From Amphiscolops sp. MND2022 (lineage: Eukaryota): a stretch of 64,000 nucleotides of DNA. The stretch covers positions 39,930,001 through 39,994,000 of the forward strand of contig OZ076409.1 in the NCBI GenBank assembly GCA_964187785.1, in the 5' to 3' direction. Of the stretch, positions 11,611 through 25,577 are shown piece by piece (position 1 is the first letter of the stretch; every line of letters starts with the position of its first letter). The notes beneath the pieces were generated by a model. It ran no database searches and was not told the DNA's origin. It saw nothing but the letters and a program-made list of their open reading frames with translations. The position numbers were made by a program, and so were the translations under genes.

Positions 11611-14600
11611 TATCTTGTAACATTTTTCGTTTGTTTTTGTTTTTGAATATTTCGGGTAAAAATCACTTCAGTTTTGATCTTGAATAAGTTGCTTTTAGTC
11701 CTTGCTCGAGTTAGAATGGACTTGGCTTGATTTGGTGGTCATTTGGATTAAATTGCAAGCCAAATGATTCGACGAAAAATATAAATTACTTCAAGCCAAG
11801 TGGCTCGTTGCCTAATTGTTGTGATAGGCTTGTTGAATAGCTTCAGAGATGGCAATGATTTGAATTTGAGACAACTGGACAACATCTCTGACGCTGTTTT
11901 GTTGGTTTGTCGCTGCTTTTGGGCTGAAAGAACCATCACAACCCGGTGAGATAATTCCATTTTTATTTCATTTTAACAATTCAAGGTTTTGTTCTATATA
12001 CGGATTGCTTCACTGTTGTGATTGTTTTTTTGGGGAGATTGGCACACACACAAATGTGGTAGTCCTGCAATTGGTTAGGTTTCGAGGTTGAGTTGTGATG
12101 AAAAACAACGAAGCCTGCAACGCTTCGAAGTGTCTGAAGCCCTCAGGGTTGATAGACTGGCTAAATTGTAGGCTTTGCAACGGATGGGGTCACATAAAAT
12201 GCGCCAATTTATCAAGAACTGAAGCCCGGAGTTTTGCCAAATTTAAATGTAGTAGGTGCTCTTTAGTGAACACAATCCCTCAGTGTCAGGATGATAACTT
12301 TAGACCAGACACCCTTTTTAATTCAGGCGTTGTTCATTTGAAAAGAGTTCCCAAAAATTTACGGATATCCCTAGCTGAAAATTGATATTCAAAATTATTG
12401 ATTTTTGTGGAACCCCGTCAAATATTGCCTAGTGTTGCTGACTGCTCTCCTGTCTAAGCTTTTTTTGGAAAAACCACCTCAAGGAGGTAAAGGTAAGCGG
12501 TCATCACTTAGTGCAATTATCAACAAGCTTGTTCGAGATGGTGTCATTGAGAAAAAACCGAAACGCGACAGAAAACCGCAGCAGAAAAGCGAGTTAGATC
12601 GACGACTGCGTTCCATTTGCACTAAATTAGACGAAGGTAATGTTAAGGCCGGAATCAGAGTGGCAGTAGGCGACGACAAGATTGCAGATTTTACCGTCAA
12701 CAACTACGCTGCCCTTAAGCTGAAACATCCGCAGAGGGAAACTTGCTCTGTTCCGGACCCCACCGATATCGATTGATTTTTAACCTCGGGGTTTTTCGTC
12801 CACAAGGCTCTCATGTCCTTCCCCAACGGCTCTAGTGCAGGGTTGGATGGCATTTTGCCTCAAATTTTGAAAAATTTGGCTGCCAAGTAGAAAGCGCAAA
12901 CTGGGCTGAATTTTCTCAGCGCCTTAAAAAATCTTGTGAATGTGATTCTCGGAGGAAAAGTACCTTTCGAACTTCGGCCGTACTTCTTTGGTGCGAAACT
13001 AATTGCGGTAAAAAAGCCCGACGGAGGACTTCGTCCTATCGCCATGGGCAAAACTTTCCGCCGATTGTCTGCAAAATGTGCCGGATACCATTTCTTCGAA
13101 TCACGTCAAGCTAGATATGGAAATCGACAAATAGTTGTAGGCACCAAAAGGGGCGCTGAATTGGCCTCACATGTTTTCCGTTGTTTGATAGAAAGCCCTC
13201 AGCCCAAAGAAAACGTAATTTTGAAAATTGACTTTGAAAACGCTTTCAATTCGATAAACCGGCAATTCATGCTAGAGAAAGTTTTTGAAATACACCCTGA
13301 AGTTTATAAGTATTCACACTCGGCGTACAGTCAGCCACGTTTTCTGTTTTACGGTGATTCAGTAATCAAATGTTGTGAAGGGACCCAGCAAGGAGATCCT
13401 GAGTCTCCAGCTTTGTTTTCGGATTCCATTCAGGATTTGATTGACAGTTTGGAGTCGAAAATAAACTTATGGTACCTAGACGATGGAAATTTAAGTGATG
13501 ATTACCGAACCGTTTTGAAAGATCTCAAAAAAATTGTTGAAGCTGAAAGAATGCTGGGACTCAAACTTAAACCCACGAAATGTTAAATTTTTTTCCCTGG
13601 TAACATCACTGAAAAACGACGATCGACAATTTCAGCATCTTCCCAAAAACGTTGCCCTGGGATCAAAACACCAAAGAAAGATGAACTCATCATTGTTGGT
13701 TCACCGCTCGGCCCGAAATCACAAGCAGACTTATTGGAAAAGACTATTAATGAACTGGAAAAAGTTAACGGGATTATTGAAAAACTAGATGCGCACTATG
13801 GTTTTTTCATGTTAAAAATTGCTTCAGTGTGCCAAAGTTGTTGTATTTCCCGAGAACCAGTTCATGTTTCAATCATCCAGCTCTCTTGGAGAATTATGAC
13901 AAAGCCGTGCGCGACGGGCTTTCCAAAGTGTGTAATGTGAACTTCGACGATATTTTGAGTACTCAGCTGGCTCTGCCTGCTGAGTTGGGTGGTCTTGGGG
14001 TTTCATCCGCGTCATTATTAGCACTTCCCGCCTTTTTGGCCTCAGCTTTTGGTGCGAGTGACTTTCTCACGACGATTTTCTCGGAAACATTCGAAGATGT
14101 TTCGTTTACAAAAGCGCTTGAGAAATGTTTCAGTTTGACGAATGAACAGGAAAGTCCTCTGGATGGAACCCAGAAAAATTGGACACAACCTGTCTTCGTC
14201 AAAACCGCCCAAGATTTGATTTCTAGAATGGATGACAAACGTTCGAAAATTTTCAACTCTCATCAAGGTAAATTCGGGCCTCATTGGCTGAACGTCGTTC
14301 CTTGCAAGAACTTAGGCCTGATACTTGCTGATCAGCAACCTCGAATTTCAATTGGTTTGCGTCTCGGTGCCAACATCTGTGTTGCGCATACGTGCCACTG
14401 TGGTAAAAGAGTTGAATGGGACGGTTTACACGGACTTTCTTGCACCAAGAGTGCTGGTCGCTTCTCACGTCATGCTACTCTCAACTCTCTCATAAAGCAG
14501 ACGTTGGGATCTCCCGACTGGAGTGTACGCCATTGATCTAATTGCTGCGGGTCTAATGGAATTAGATCTAACTGTTAGGTCTAACTTTCAGATCTAGTTT

Positions 14601-14620
14601 TATCTAAAGTACTTGGGTCT

Positions 14621-15788
14621 GGGTGACTGTAAATAGGTCGAATTGTTTTGGTCGAAAGGACAGAGGTCGAACCTTTTGATCGAATTGCAAGAATCGAATG
14701 GAATGCGGTCGAATTTTATCGTGTTTGTTGTATGGATTGGTCGCTTCGCTCCCTTCGTCAAGTAGCACCATTGAAGCATGGCAATATGGCACGTCGCTCT
14801 GCTTCGCTTCGCTCCTGCATTCAGGGCACTAGAGGTATGTGAACATATCTGACTACGTTATAAAAATTTCGATCCGAGTTGTTTTGATCCCATTCAAAAC
14901 TTGGTATGTCGACCTGAGGACTAACTCTGATTTTCGATCCCGTTCCTTCGACCTATTTTCGCCGGCGGGCGGGAATAACGTCTAAGGAATAACGTCTAAA
15001 TTGAAAACGGGAATAACGCCTAAATTTAAATCATTTTTCGGGAATAACGTCTAAAGTTTTAGACGTTATTCCCGTTTTTTTAGACGTTATTCCCGTTTTT
15101 TAGACGTTTTTCCTGTTTTGAAAGTTGAACTTTCTGAAATCAAAAAAAATTTTTCTGAATATTTTCACAACAAATTGCACAAAAATGGGTCCTGGCAAGT
15201 GTATCATTGTCTACGGTACCCTTAATTCGAACAACAACAATTCATAGTTATTTATTTTTTCCCACATATTGTGGGGGCGTATTCGGTGTATGCACGCTCG
15301 CCCTCACCGTCGCAAAGACCAGCTCACACTACGATCGCTTCGCGATCTCCGTTCCCGCTAGGTCTTTGCTCCTGTTCGACCTCGCTTAGCAATATGGGAA
15401 CATAAGCGGCCCCAAGGGGCCGCGGGGCACTAGAGGAAATGGGGACATATCCGAGACATGTTTTATACTTTGAATCACTTCATAGCATCAGATCCTAATT
15501 GACCTGAATTTTTTCAATTTTAGACGTTATTCCCGTTTTTCGGACGTATTTTGACAATTTTTCTGTATTTTAGTTGTTTTTCAGTAATTAAGACGTTATT
15601 CGCGTTTTCAGGTTTAGACGTTATTCCTCTTTTTAGACGTTATTCCTCAGTTTAGACGTTATTCCCGTTTTTTTAGAAGTTATTCCCTAATATTTCAATT
15701 TAGATGTTATTCCTTTAGACGTTTTTCCCGGTGGACCTTTAGACGTTATTCCTTAGACGTTATTCCCTCCTCTAATTTTCGCCCACCC
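14621..15788. mobile_element. Mutator-type MITE B (same family as 18208-18558) carrying cassette type 2
   Basis: TIR GGGTG..GTAAATAGGTCGA; 9-bp TSD cttgggtct/cttaggtct. The right TIR is split by element C. Confidence 0.88.
14964..15774. mobile_element. Mutator/foldback-type MITE C with GGAATAACGTCTAA subterminal arrays, carrying cassette type 1 (~15270-15470)
   Basis: ~37-bp TIRs, exact 9-bp TSD attttcgcc (14955-14963, 15775-15783), many TTAGACGTTATTCC repeats. Confidence 0.9.
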
Positions 15789-15985
15789 CTTAGGTCTAAC
15801 CCCTTTATGATCCAATATGTGTTCTGAAAGCGAAAATATAATGTGGGGCATATGCGATCTCCGTTCTCGCTAGGTCTTTGCTCCTGTTCGACCTCGCCTA
15901 GCAAGATGGGAAAATAGGCGGCCCCAAGGGGCCGCGGGGCACTGGAGGAAATGGGGACATATCCGAGGCACGTATCACTTTTTAG

Positions 15986-17802
15986 GAGAAATGGTCATTT
16001 CGCCTAATGCCATTTCGCCTAAAGTCATTTCGCCTAACGTGTTTGGTCACTTCGCCTAATTTTTTTAGGCGAAACGTCTTTTACTTTTTACAGACGGGTT
16101 AGGTGCAGGGCTGTGGTGGTATCAATAACTCATTGTTTGCTGTTTTTCAGATATGGTAAAATGTCGCAATACGAGCCTTATTTCGAAGAGTATGTGCCGT
16201 CATCGGATAGTGAAAGCGACCGGTCATTCGAATTATTGCCGAGGCCACTACATTCTCAGCGAAATATTGTTGAAGAATTGGACTTACCCGATCCTATCCT
16301 TGATATTTCGAACATTGAAAATGCCGACCCAGCCCCAATTACATTTGAGTTCATATCAAATGGTACTAGCAAGGGTAAGACAATGGTCTCATCCTCCCAT
16401 GGGTACACTTATGTGAAGGCAAATACGGTCAAACAAACAACGTATTGGCAATGTTCGAAGCGAAATACCATGAAGGGATGTCGATGTCCGGCTACGGTAC
16501 GATCTAAAGATGGGGGTTTTACTGCGGGGAAAAAATCGCACAATCATCCGGCTGATTTCTCCGACAAACCAAAGCGACTTGTATATCGAGATGCAAAGCG
16601 AGAAGGACTGAGCGATTTATACAAGCCTGCCCAGTCTATTGCGGAAAAAATTTTATCACCAGTCTTCGTAAATGACGTTAATAACAGCCCCAACATTCCA
16701 TTGCCAAAAAACATTGCCCGCGCTACCAACCGACAGCGACAGCAACAACGACCAACAGAGCCAGTGGATTTATCGTTTACAATTGACGATGCAAGTGTCG
16801 AGGGATTTTTACGAGCCGATGTCAAATGTGGAGAGAATCGACATTTAATTTTTGCAACGAACACGCAGTTATTTCATCTGGCAGAGGCACGCCGATGGTA
16901 TGGTGATGGAACCTTTAAAGTTATTAAAGTCCCGTTTGTGCAACTATACAGTTTTCATGCTTTTATCAAGAAAGGTGATGCGACAAAACAGGTACCCCTT
17001 GCGTATATTTTTATGTCTGGTAAGCGAAAGGGTGTTCTTTCCATTTAAATCAAGCTGTTTATAAAAAGATTCAAGAGTTAGGCCTTGAAACGCTTTACGT
17101 CAATGATAATTCCATTCAATATTTTTGCAAAAAGCTAATGTCTCTATGTTACATCCCAACAACCCACGTTGAATTATCGTTCGCATCGCTAAAATCCCGA
17201 GCATCGGAGATTCCTATGTTAAAATCGCTCTGTGTGTATTACGAAAACACGTGGTTGAAAAGTAAGATTTGGTCCATCGACGAAACTAATGTTTATATGC
17301 AGCCTGTGAGAACCAACAATGACGTCGAGGGATGGCACGCGCGTCTCAATCGAAAAGCAGGTCGGCATAGTTTACAGTTTTATCTGCTCATCAAATTGCC
17401 TAAAGAAGAATCGGTCTCCGTCGATCTGACAATTGCGCTCGTTTCAAGAGGTCATGTTTTACGATCCCAGCGTCAATTAAATAACTCTGTTGCAAAGTTA
17501 ATTGAACAATGGCAAGAGTACCGAGATGGTAATATCAGTTCGACATCGTTACATGATACACTTTCTACGCTTACATAATTTGTTTGCTATATAACAATGA
17601 CTTAACTCTGTTAATCTATACCTTTATACATTCCTCTGTTAACACATTCCTCGGTTCTCATTAAAATTTCAATTTCATACACTTGTTTTTATGTTAATAT
17701 AGTTTGGTTTTTGACTTTGGTCATTTCGCCTAATTTTTTTTAGGCGAAATGACTCAACTAAATTTTTAGGCGAAATGGCATTAGGCGAAATGACCTGCAT
17801 CC
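15986..17802 (+). mobile_element. MULE (Mutator) transposon D with FLYWCH-MULE transposase
   Basis: TIRs GGTCATTTCGCCTAATGCCATTTCGCCTAAA; TSD ctttttag (15978-15985, 17803-17810). Confidence 0.92.
16161..17578 (+). pseudogene. FLYWCH-MULE transposase with an internal deletion/frameshift near 17029
   Basis: FLYWCH (YTY..YWQC..CPA..HNH), WYGDGTF, GCSFH and RTNNDVEGWH are present. The segment that normally carries the second catalytic Asp between GKRK and GCxFH is absent and the frame shifts there. Confidence 0.87.
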
Positions 17803-18207
17803 CTTTTTAGTTTTAGATCCTAATTGACTAATTTTTTTCTCAAATTAGATCAAATTAGAAGAGATTTTTAGACCTGATTTTTTATATCAATTTATTTAGA
17901 TCTCAGTTTTGCCCCCTCTCTTAGATCTATTTAATTAGACCTGATTCCACGTACCTCTCTCGACTTGCCTTCAATGCTCGAACCGCGAGGACTGTGCCGA
18001 ACTGATGGCAAACGCCCATACGGTGTTACCATGTTTTCTTGGGAAATGGGTAAACAGCTGGTGTGGGATGTCACGGTTGTGGAAGCTCTTGCACCCAGTC
18101 GCCTGAATCAAGGCTCTTTATGCAACCCGGGAACCACTGCCACCGAGGCTGAAGCGCGTAAAATTGAGAAGCATCGCGAATTAATAGACAAGGGATACAT
18201 TTTTCAG

Positions 18208-18558
18208 GGGTGGCTGTAAATAGGTCGATTTTTTCTGGTCGAAAGGACAGAGGTCGAACCTTTTGATCGAATTGCAGAGATCGAATGGAATGCGGTCGAA
18301 TTTTATCGTATTTGTTGTATGGCTCGGTCGCTTCGCTCCCTTCGCCAAGTAGCAACATTGAGGCATGGCCATAATGGCACGTCGCTCCGCTTCGCTTCGC
18401 TCCTGCATTTAGGGCACTAGGGGTATGTGAACATATCTGACTACGTTATAAAAATTTCGATCCGAGTTGTTTCGATCCCATTCAAAAATCAGAGTATGTC
18501 GACCTGAGGACTAACTCTGATTTTCGATCCCGTTACTTCGACCTATTTCCGCCCACCC
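18208..18558. mobile_element. Mutator-type MITE (family B), uninterrupted, carrying cassette type 2
   Basis: 21-bp imperfect TIRs and exact 9-bp TSD atttttcag. Removing it restores GYIFQ|PVALEVQG of the CRE endonuclease. Confidence 0.95.
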
Positions 18559-19804
18559 ATTTTTCAGCCGGTGGCCTTGGAAGTACAGGGTTCTTTAGGC
18601 GAGAGCAGTGAAATTTTCATCACGCGTCTCTGTAAAATGCTCTGTCGTTCGCACGACGATCAACGAGCTGGCAGCTTTTTGAAGCAACTGATTTCAATGG
18701 CTCTTCAGATTCGCAATGCGGCCTGTGTTCTAGGAACTGTGAGCGACAGAGATGCGTTCGAAGAAATTTATTACATATAGCGTAATTTTTTTGACGTTTA
18801 TATCATAGCAGCTTTAAAAAAATTTCTACCGGTCGACTGCTTAGTGGCTGGTTTGAGTAGTCTGTTGGTTGTTTTTTTTGGTACTGGTATAGTGGCTGGT
18901 ATGGGGTCCCCTACTTTCGTTGCAGACCACGGGTGTGTGTCTTTTCCCCCCAACATGGTGATACACATGGCACTTGATTGATGACGAAGATCCATGATAT
19001 CTGATAGAGGAAAAAATCATAAAGAAGAGAAAAAGAAAAAAGTAAATAAAAGGAAAAAAGTGGCTCGTGACCGATTTTTCCGGTTCAAAAATATGAGCTT
19101 GAAAATAATTGGCCCGAGAACCTTGTACTGTGGTTGAACGGTGGGTTCCGTTCGATCACCCTTTTTCGAGAATCTCGGTTCGGCACGAATATTGCTGTGT
19201 CAAACATCCTGATACGAACACTGACTGGGGACGTTGAATCCACCAACACTTGAATACAGAAGACAACTTGGCAGAGTGGTATAAGTTTATATTTTTCTCA
19301 ACGACCTCTATGACTTCACAGCTATACGTGATCGTTTCGACCGTAGCGATACAGAAACGAGAAACTGTCAATTTAAAACTTAACAAGAATCGGACTCCGG
19401 ATTCACTTCTTTAATGTTTCCGCCATTGGCGACTGGCCCTCGCTTCCAGAATCAGTAGTATGGTGTGAAAATGTCACTCTATCCAAAGCAAGGGTTTATA
19501 AATATTGGGCCTCTGAAGTTTTCACCACTGAGTTCCTCGACTGAAAATAGACTGCAGAAGAAAAAGCTAATCGTCAGAGACCCAATGATCATAAGATGAT
19601 TGTTCAATGGAGAATTTGAGTTTGACCGACTCTTCGTGTCACTGTCACGACGAGTCGAAATCGGCACGGCACGTAAGACTGTTTTCTAAATGAAAGTGAC
19701 TTGCCTCCTGCAACCTTTTATTTTCACTACATTTTAACATTCTCTGTCTTCGTTAAGTTTTACCTCCAGCTAAATTAGTTCTTCCCTGGAAAGAAATCGG
19801 ATGA

Positions 19805-22359
<2,555 letters not shown>

Positions 22360-25300
22360 ACAACAACTAAGTGAATACACAGATGACATCAAACGAGAAC
22401 AGCCAACTAAAGTTCATTCTTTATTATTATTACTATACACGTTTAAACTCAGTTAAATTAATAGTAACCCATCTGCCCTACCACCCATACAATTTTCAGT
22501 CTCCCCTGATGATTTTATTCCCAGGATGACCTTGCCTGACCTGAAAGAATAATCTGAGTTGAACTGTTGACCGACCTCCAAATGTTGTCCCTCTCATGTA
22601 CCTGACCTGACATTACCTGCCCTCTCTCCCTACCATCACCTCATTCACACGCTACACGGGAGTAGAGAAAGGGACTTTAAGGCCAATAAGAAAGATCTGT
22701 GTTCATTCTTCCATGATCGATGTTTTTGAATGATCGTTTGAAGAAGGACCCTTTCACTCTTACTTTGAATGCTTCACTGAAACGATTAGCATTCTGTATA
22801 AGTGTTGATCAAATTTATACGACGCACTATGACATGATTTCTTGTGGAAGTTGATCCGCTTCATTGAGGTTTGAAAACAACAGCAGTGCTCACTGCATTA
22901 CATACGGATCGTAGTGTAAAGTAAAATTTATACTTGTTGTCTATAGTGCAAATCAAAATGTAGTTCGTTTCATGCAATCCATCAATCAATGTAGTTGAGT
23001 TATATATATAAGTTATAATCGTAACCTAAACTTATTTGACTGAAGTGACGCCCTCGCCCGGCGGCCGCCAAAGCCGCAACTTGTGAATTACAATCAGTTT
23101 ATTATTGCAGATACCTTTTATTGCAGGTACAACTTCTAGACTTGCACTCACCATGTTACAACTCTAACTCGAACTTGATCGATTATTAATTCACATCTCA
23201 TTCATGAAGAATCGGATATACATATCTATATACGAGTGACCTCGTTGAAGTTTCTTCATGTGTAGACAAGTCATAATAGGTCGCATCGTTCAATTCTCAA
23301 ACACGAGCGGTCTGTTTTGTTCGCACAAACGTTTGACAAATATTGTTAATTCCATGATCTATGTGATGTATATCATTGAAATTGGTTAAACTGACTAAGT
23401 ACGCACTGAGTTTTTGTTGTTGGCGTGTGCGAGTCTAGGAAGTTATTGTGAATTGGTTGTTTTGAATTTCGTTTTCCAAATTAGTCATGTATGTATTATA
23501 TCGTTATTCTAATATTGGTCGCCGTGCCGTGTCGCGTAGCATCTTAGCATTCTATGCATTGAGCTCTAAACTCCAACTAAATGTATCGTGATGGCTGGCT
23601 TATGGTTCTCAAATTTAATTCTTTATCGAAAACTTGTTTTTGCTTAGAAGCCAACCACCATTTGCTGTTCTCATTTTCTTCCACAGTTTTTTTAGTAATA
23701 ATAATTCTACAAGTTATGGCAAAAAGAGAAAGCTAGTAAGTGGTGTAACCAGTTTAGTCGCCTATACTGCTGTTGTAGAATAAACAGCACTACCGACCGC
23801 CAAAGAAGGACTCGAACTAAACTGACTGAACACCAAACGTAGACTACTAATGTTGAACCGCCGCTACCAACATCATTTGCGTCACAGATTGCATGAAGCA
23901 GCATGTACATGCAATAATCGAGTAGAAAGCAACCAAAATGTAATGTGAATTCATTTATCCAATGCATGCGTTGAAAGAAGCTACACGTCACTGTGTTTGC
24001 TCAAAATAGACATTCGATCATTTTTTTTAAAAAAGTAAAATATGAAATATACACAATACAAACGACAACGCTCTTTTTTCTCACGATTTTATATAACATG
24101 CGCTGTAACCGAAACTCCACTTTCAGCATAAATTTGTGGTTGGGACTCTGTTAATATTGTGATACCTTCCCGCAAAAACATTGGGTACGCAGTTTTAAGT
24201 GCATATTGTATTGCTATAAATAAACTTGCCTTTCCTCTGTACGTTTCCATAAAACATTTGCACATACTGTATAACGTGCGAATGAGAGTAATCCTAATTT
24301 TACAAAAGCGTGGGGTTTCAACAGCACACAGAATTCTTGTTAGATGAACTAATGTATGTTCAGTAATCTAACAGTCAATGTTTTAGTTCTCCCTATTTGA
24401 ACTATAGCAATTGCATTATGGGCAGTTTTCAAATTGTGATTACCGACGTTGATATAATGAACCTGGACTTCTGCAGAAAAAAACATCCCTAATTATTTGA
24501 TGGTGTATGTGAAATTTTTTCCAAGTTCTGTTTCTGGAACATTCTATGAAAGTGCATTTGAGGATAGGAATTGATCGAAGTGCAATGACTACAGAGTAAA
24601 CGAATGACGTCCAAAATTGAAGATACAATGTAATGAGTGTGCGTCCAGAATGAAAACGGATTGAAGTTGAAAGCACTTAGGAAACTAGAAATGGAAAATT
24701 CGGATTTTCAGCCGAACTACATTTTCATCATTGCTGCATGTTGTTTGAAACATAGTGTGAGACCCCAGAATTATTCAACTTTAGTTACGCAGAAAACATG
24801 AAGCTAGAGAAGAATTCGTTCTTAACTTCGAAGCATGTGTTCAAGTGACACGCTTGGCTGCACTTCATCGGCGAGGCTTCAGCATGGCTCAACTTAATGG
24901 ATAACATTACGAAATGGTATTGCTTATGGTACTTTAATACGAAAAAAAGCATTCAAAAGGTTTTCTCCAATTTATGGGTTTATTTGCATCAAGCATTGTA
25001 AGTCATGGTATGTATATTACTCCAAAGGAAAACTATTTTGTAATGCAGATATTTGTAATGCACTGTTTTTAAAGATCCTAATTCACCTTTTTCCATCTTA
25101 GCGGCAAGCCTAAGACCTTTGACCACCTCACTCAAAAGCCTGAAATCTCGACCCCCACGTCTTACAGAATGTTGAAACTCACTTTTGCCAAATGGTTGCT
25201 ACCGATGATTCGACATTTCCTACCTTTTGATTTCCTACCTTTTGATTTCCTGACACGCAATCAGTTGAAAAGATAGTGTTCCACAAGTTTCTGCGAAATT

Positions 25301-25577
25301 GGTCAAAGAGTAAATTTTGAAAAGTTTCTTAACGGCCGCAATTCGACCATTTTCCCTTCACTTTTTCTTCTTTTTCTGTATCAACATGCGAAGATGATTT
25401 ACAAGGAGTGCGTCTAACAAGCAGACCAGTCAAATAGCATAGAAACATTATGCGTACCGATGAACAGACTCGATTCCTATTGGTTGAAATTCCAGATTAG
25501 AACTAAATAATTGCGTCAGATTAGCAGTCAATAAAATTATTATTATAACGTAGTCAGCTATGTTCACATACCCCTAG

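Larger units (their letters stand above)
14520..17956. mobile_element. Non-autonomous TIR element A inserted in the CRE element; hosts elements B, C and D; carries cassette type 1 (~15842-15975)
   Basis: 9-bp TSD ctcccgact/ctctcgact (14511-14519, 17957-17965) and AGATCTA/GGTCTA subterminal repeats at both ends. TIRs are degenerate. Confidence 0.75.
12098..18822 (+). mobile_element. CRE-like non-LTR retrotransposon (N-terminal PHD finger, RT, CCHC, restriction-like endonuclease); pseudogenised and split by insertions
   Basis: PHD-like C/H pattern (12098-12290). RT motifs GGLRPIA, KIDFENAFN, GTQQGDP, WYLDDG. CHCG..HGLSC, RH, KRPYG..WDVTV. ORF ends at 18780 and is followed by a short A-tract. 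The frame is restored when 14520-17956 and 18208-18558 are removed with one TSD copy each. Confidence 0.88.

Noticed and set aside
15270..15470. Cassette as a tRNA gene, tRNA-derived SINE or HDV-like ribozyme
   Set aside because: No convincing A/B boxes, cloverleaf, poly(A) tail or nested double pseudoknot was found by eye. An Infernal/Rfam search would be needed to exclude it fully.
19156..19430. Possible gene divergent from ARF
   Set aside because: Short frames with early stops, no recognisable motif, and no consistent splice model.
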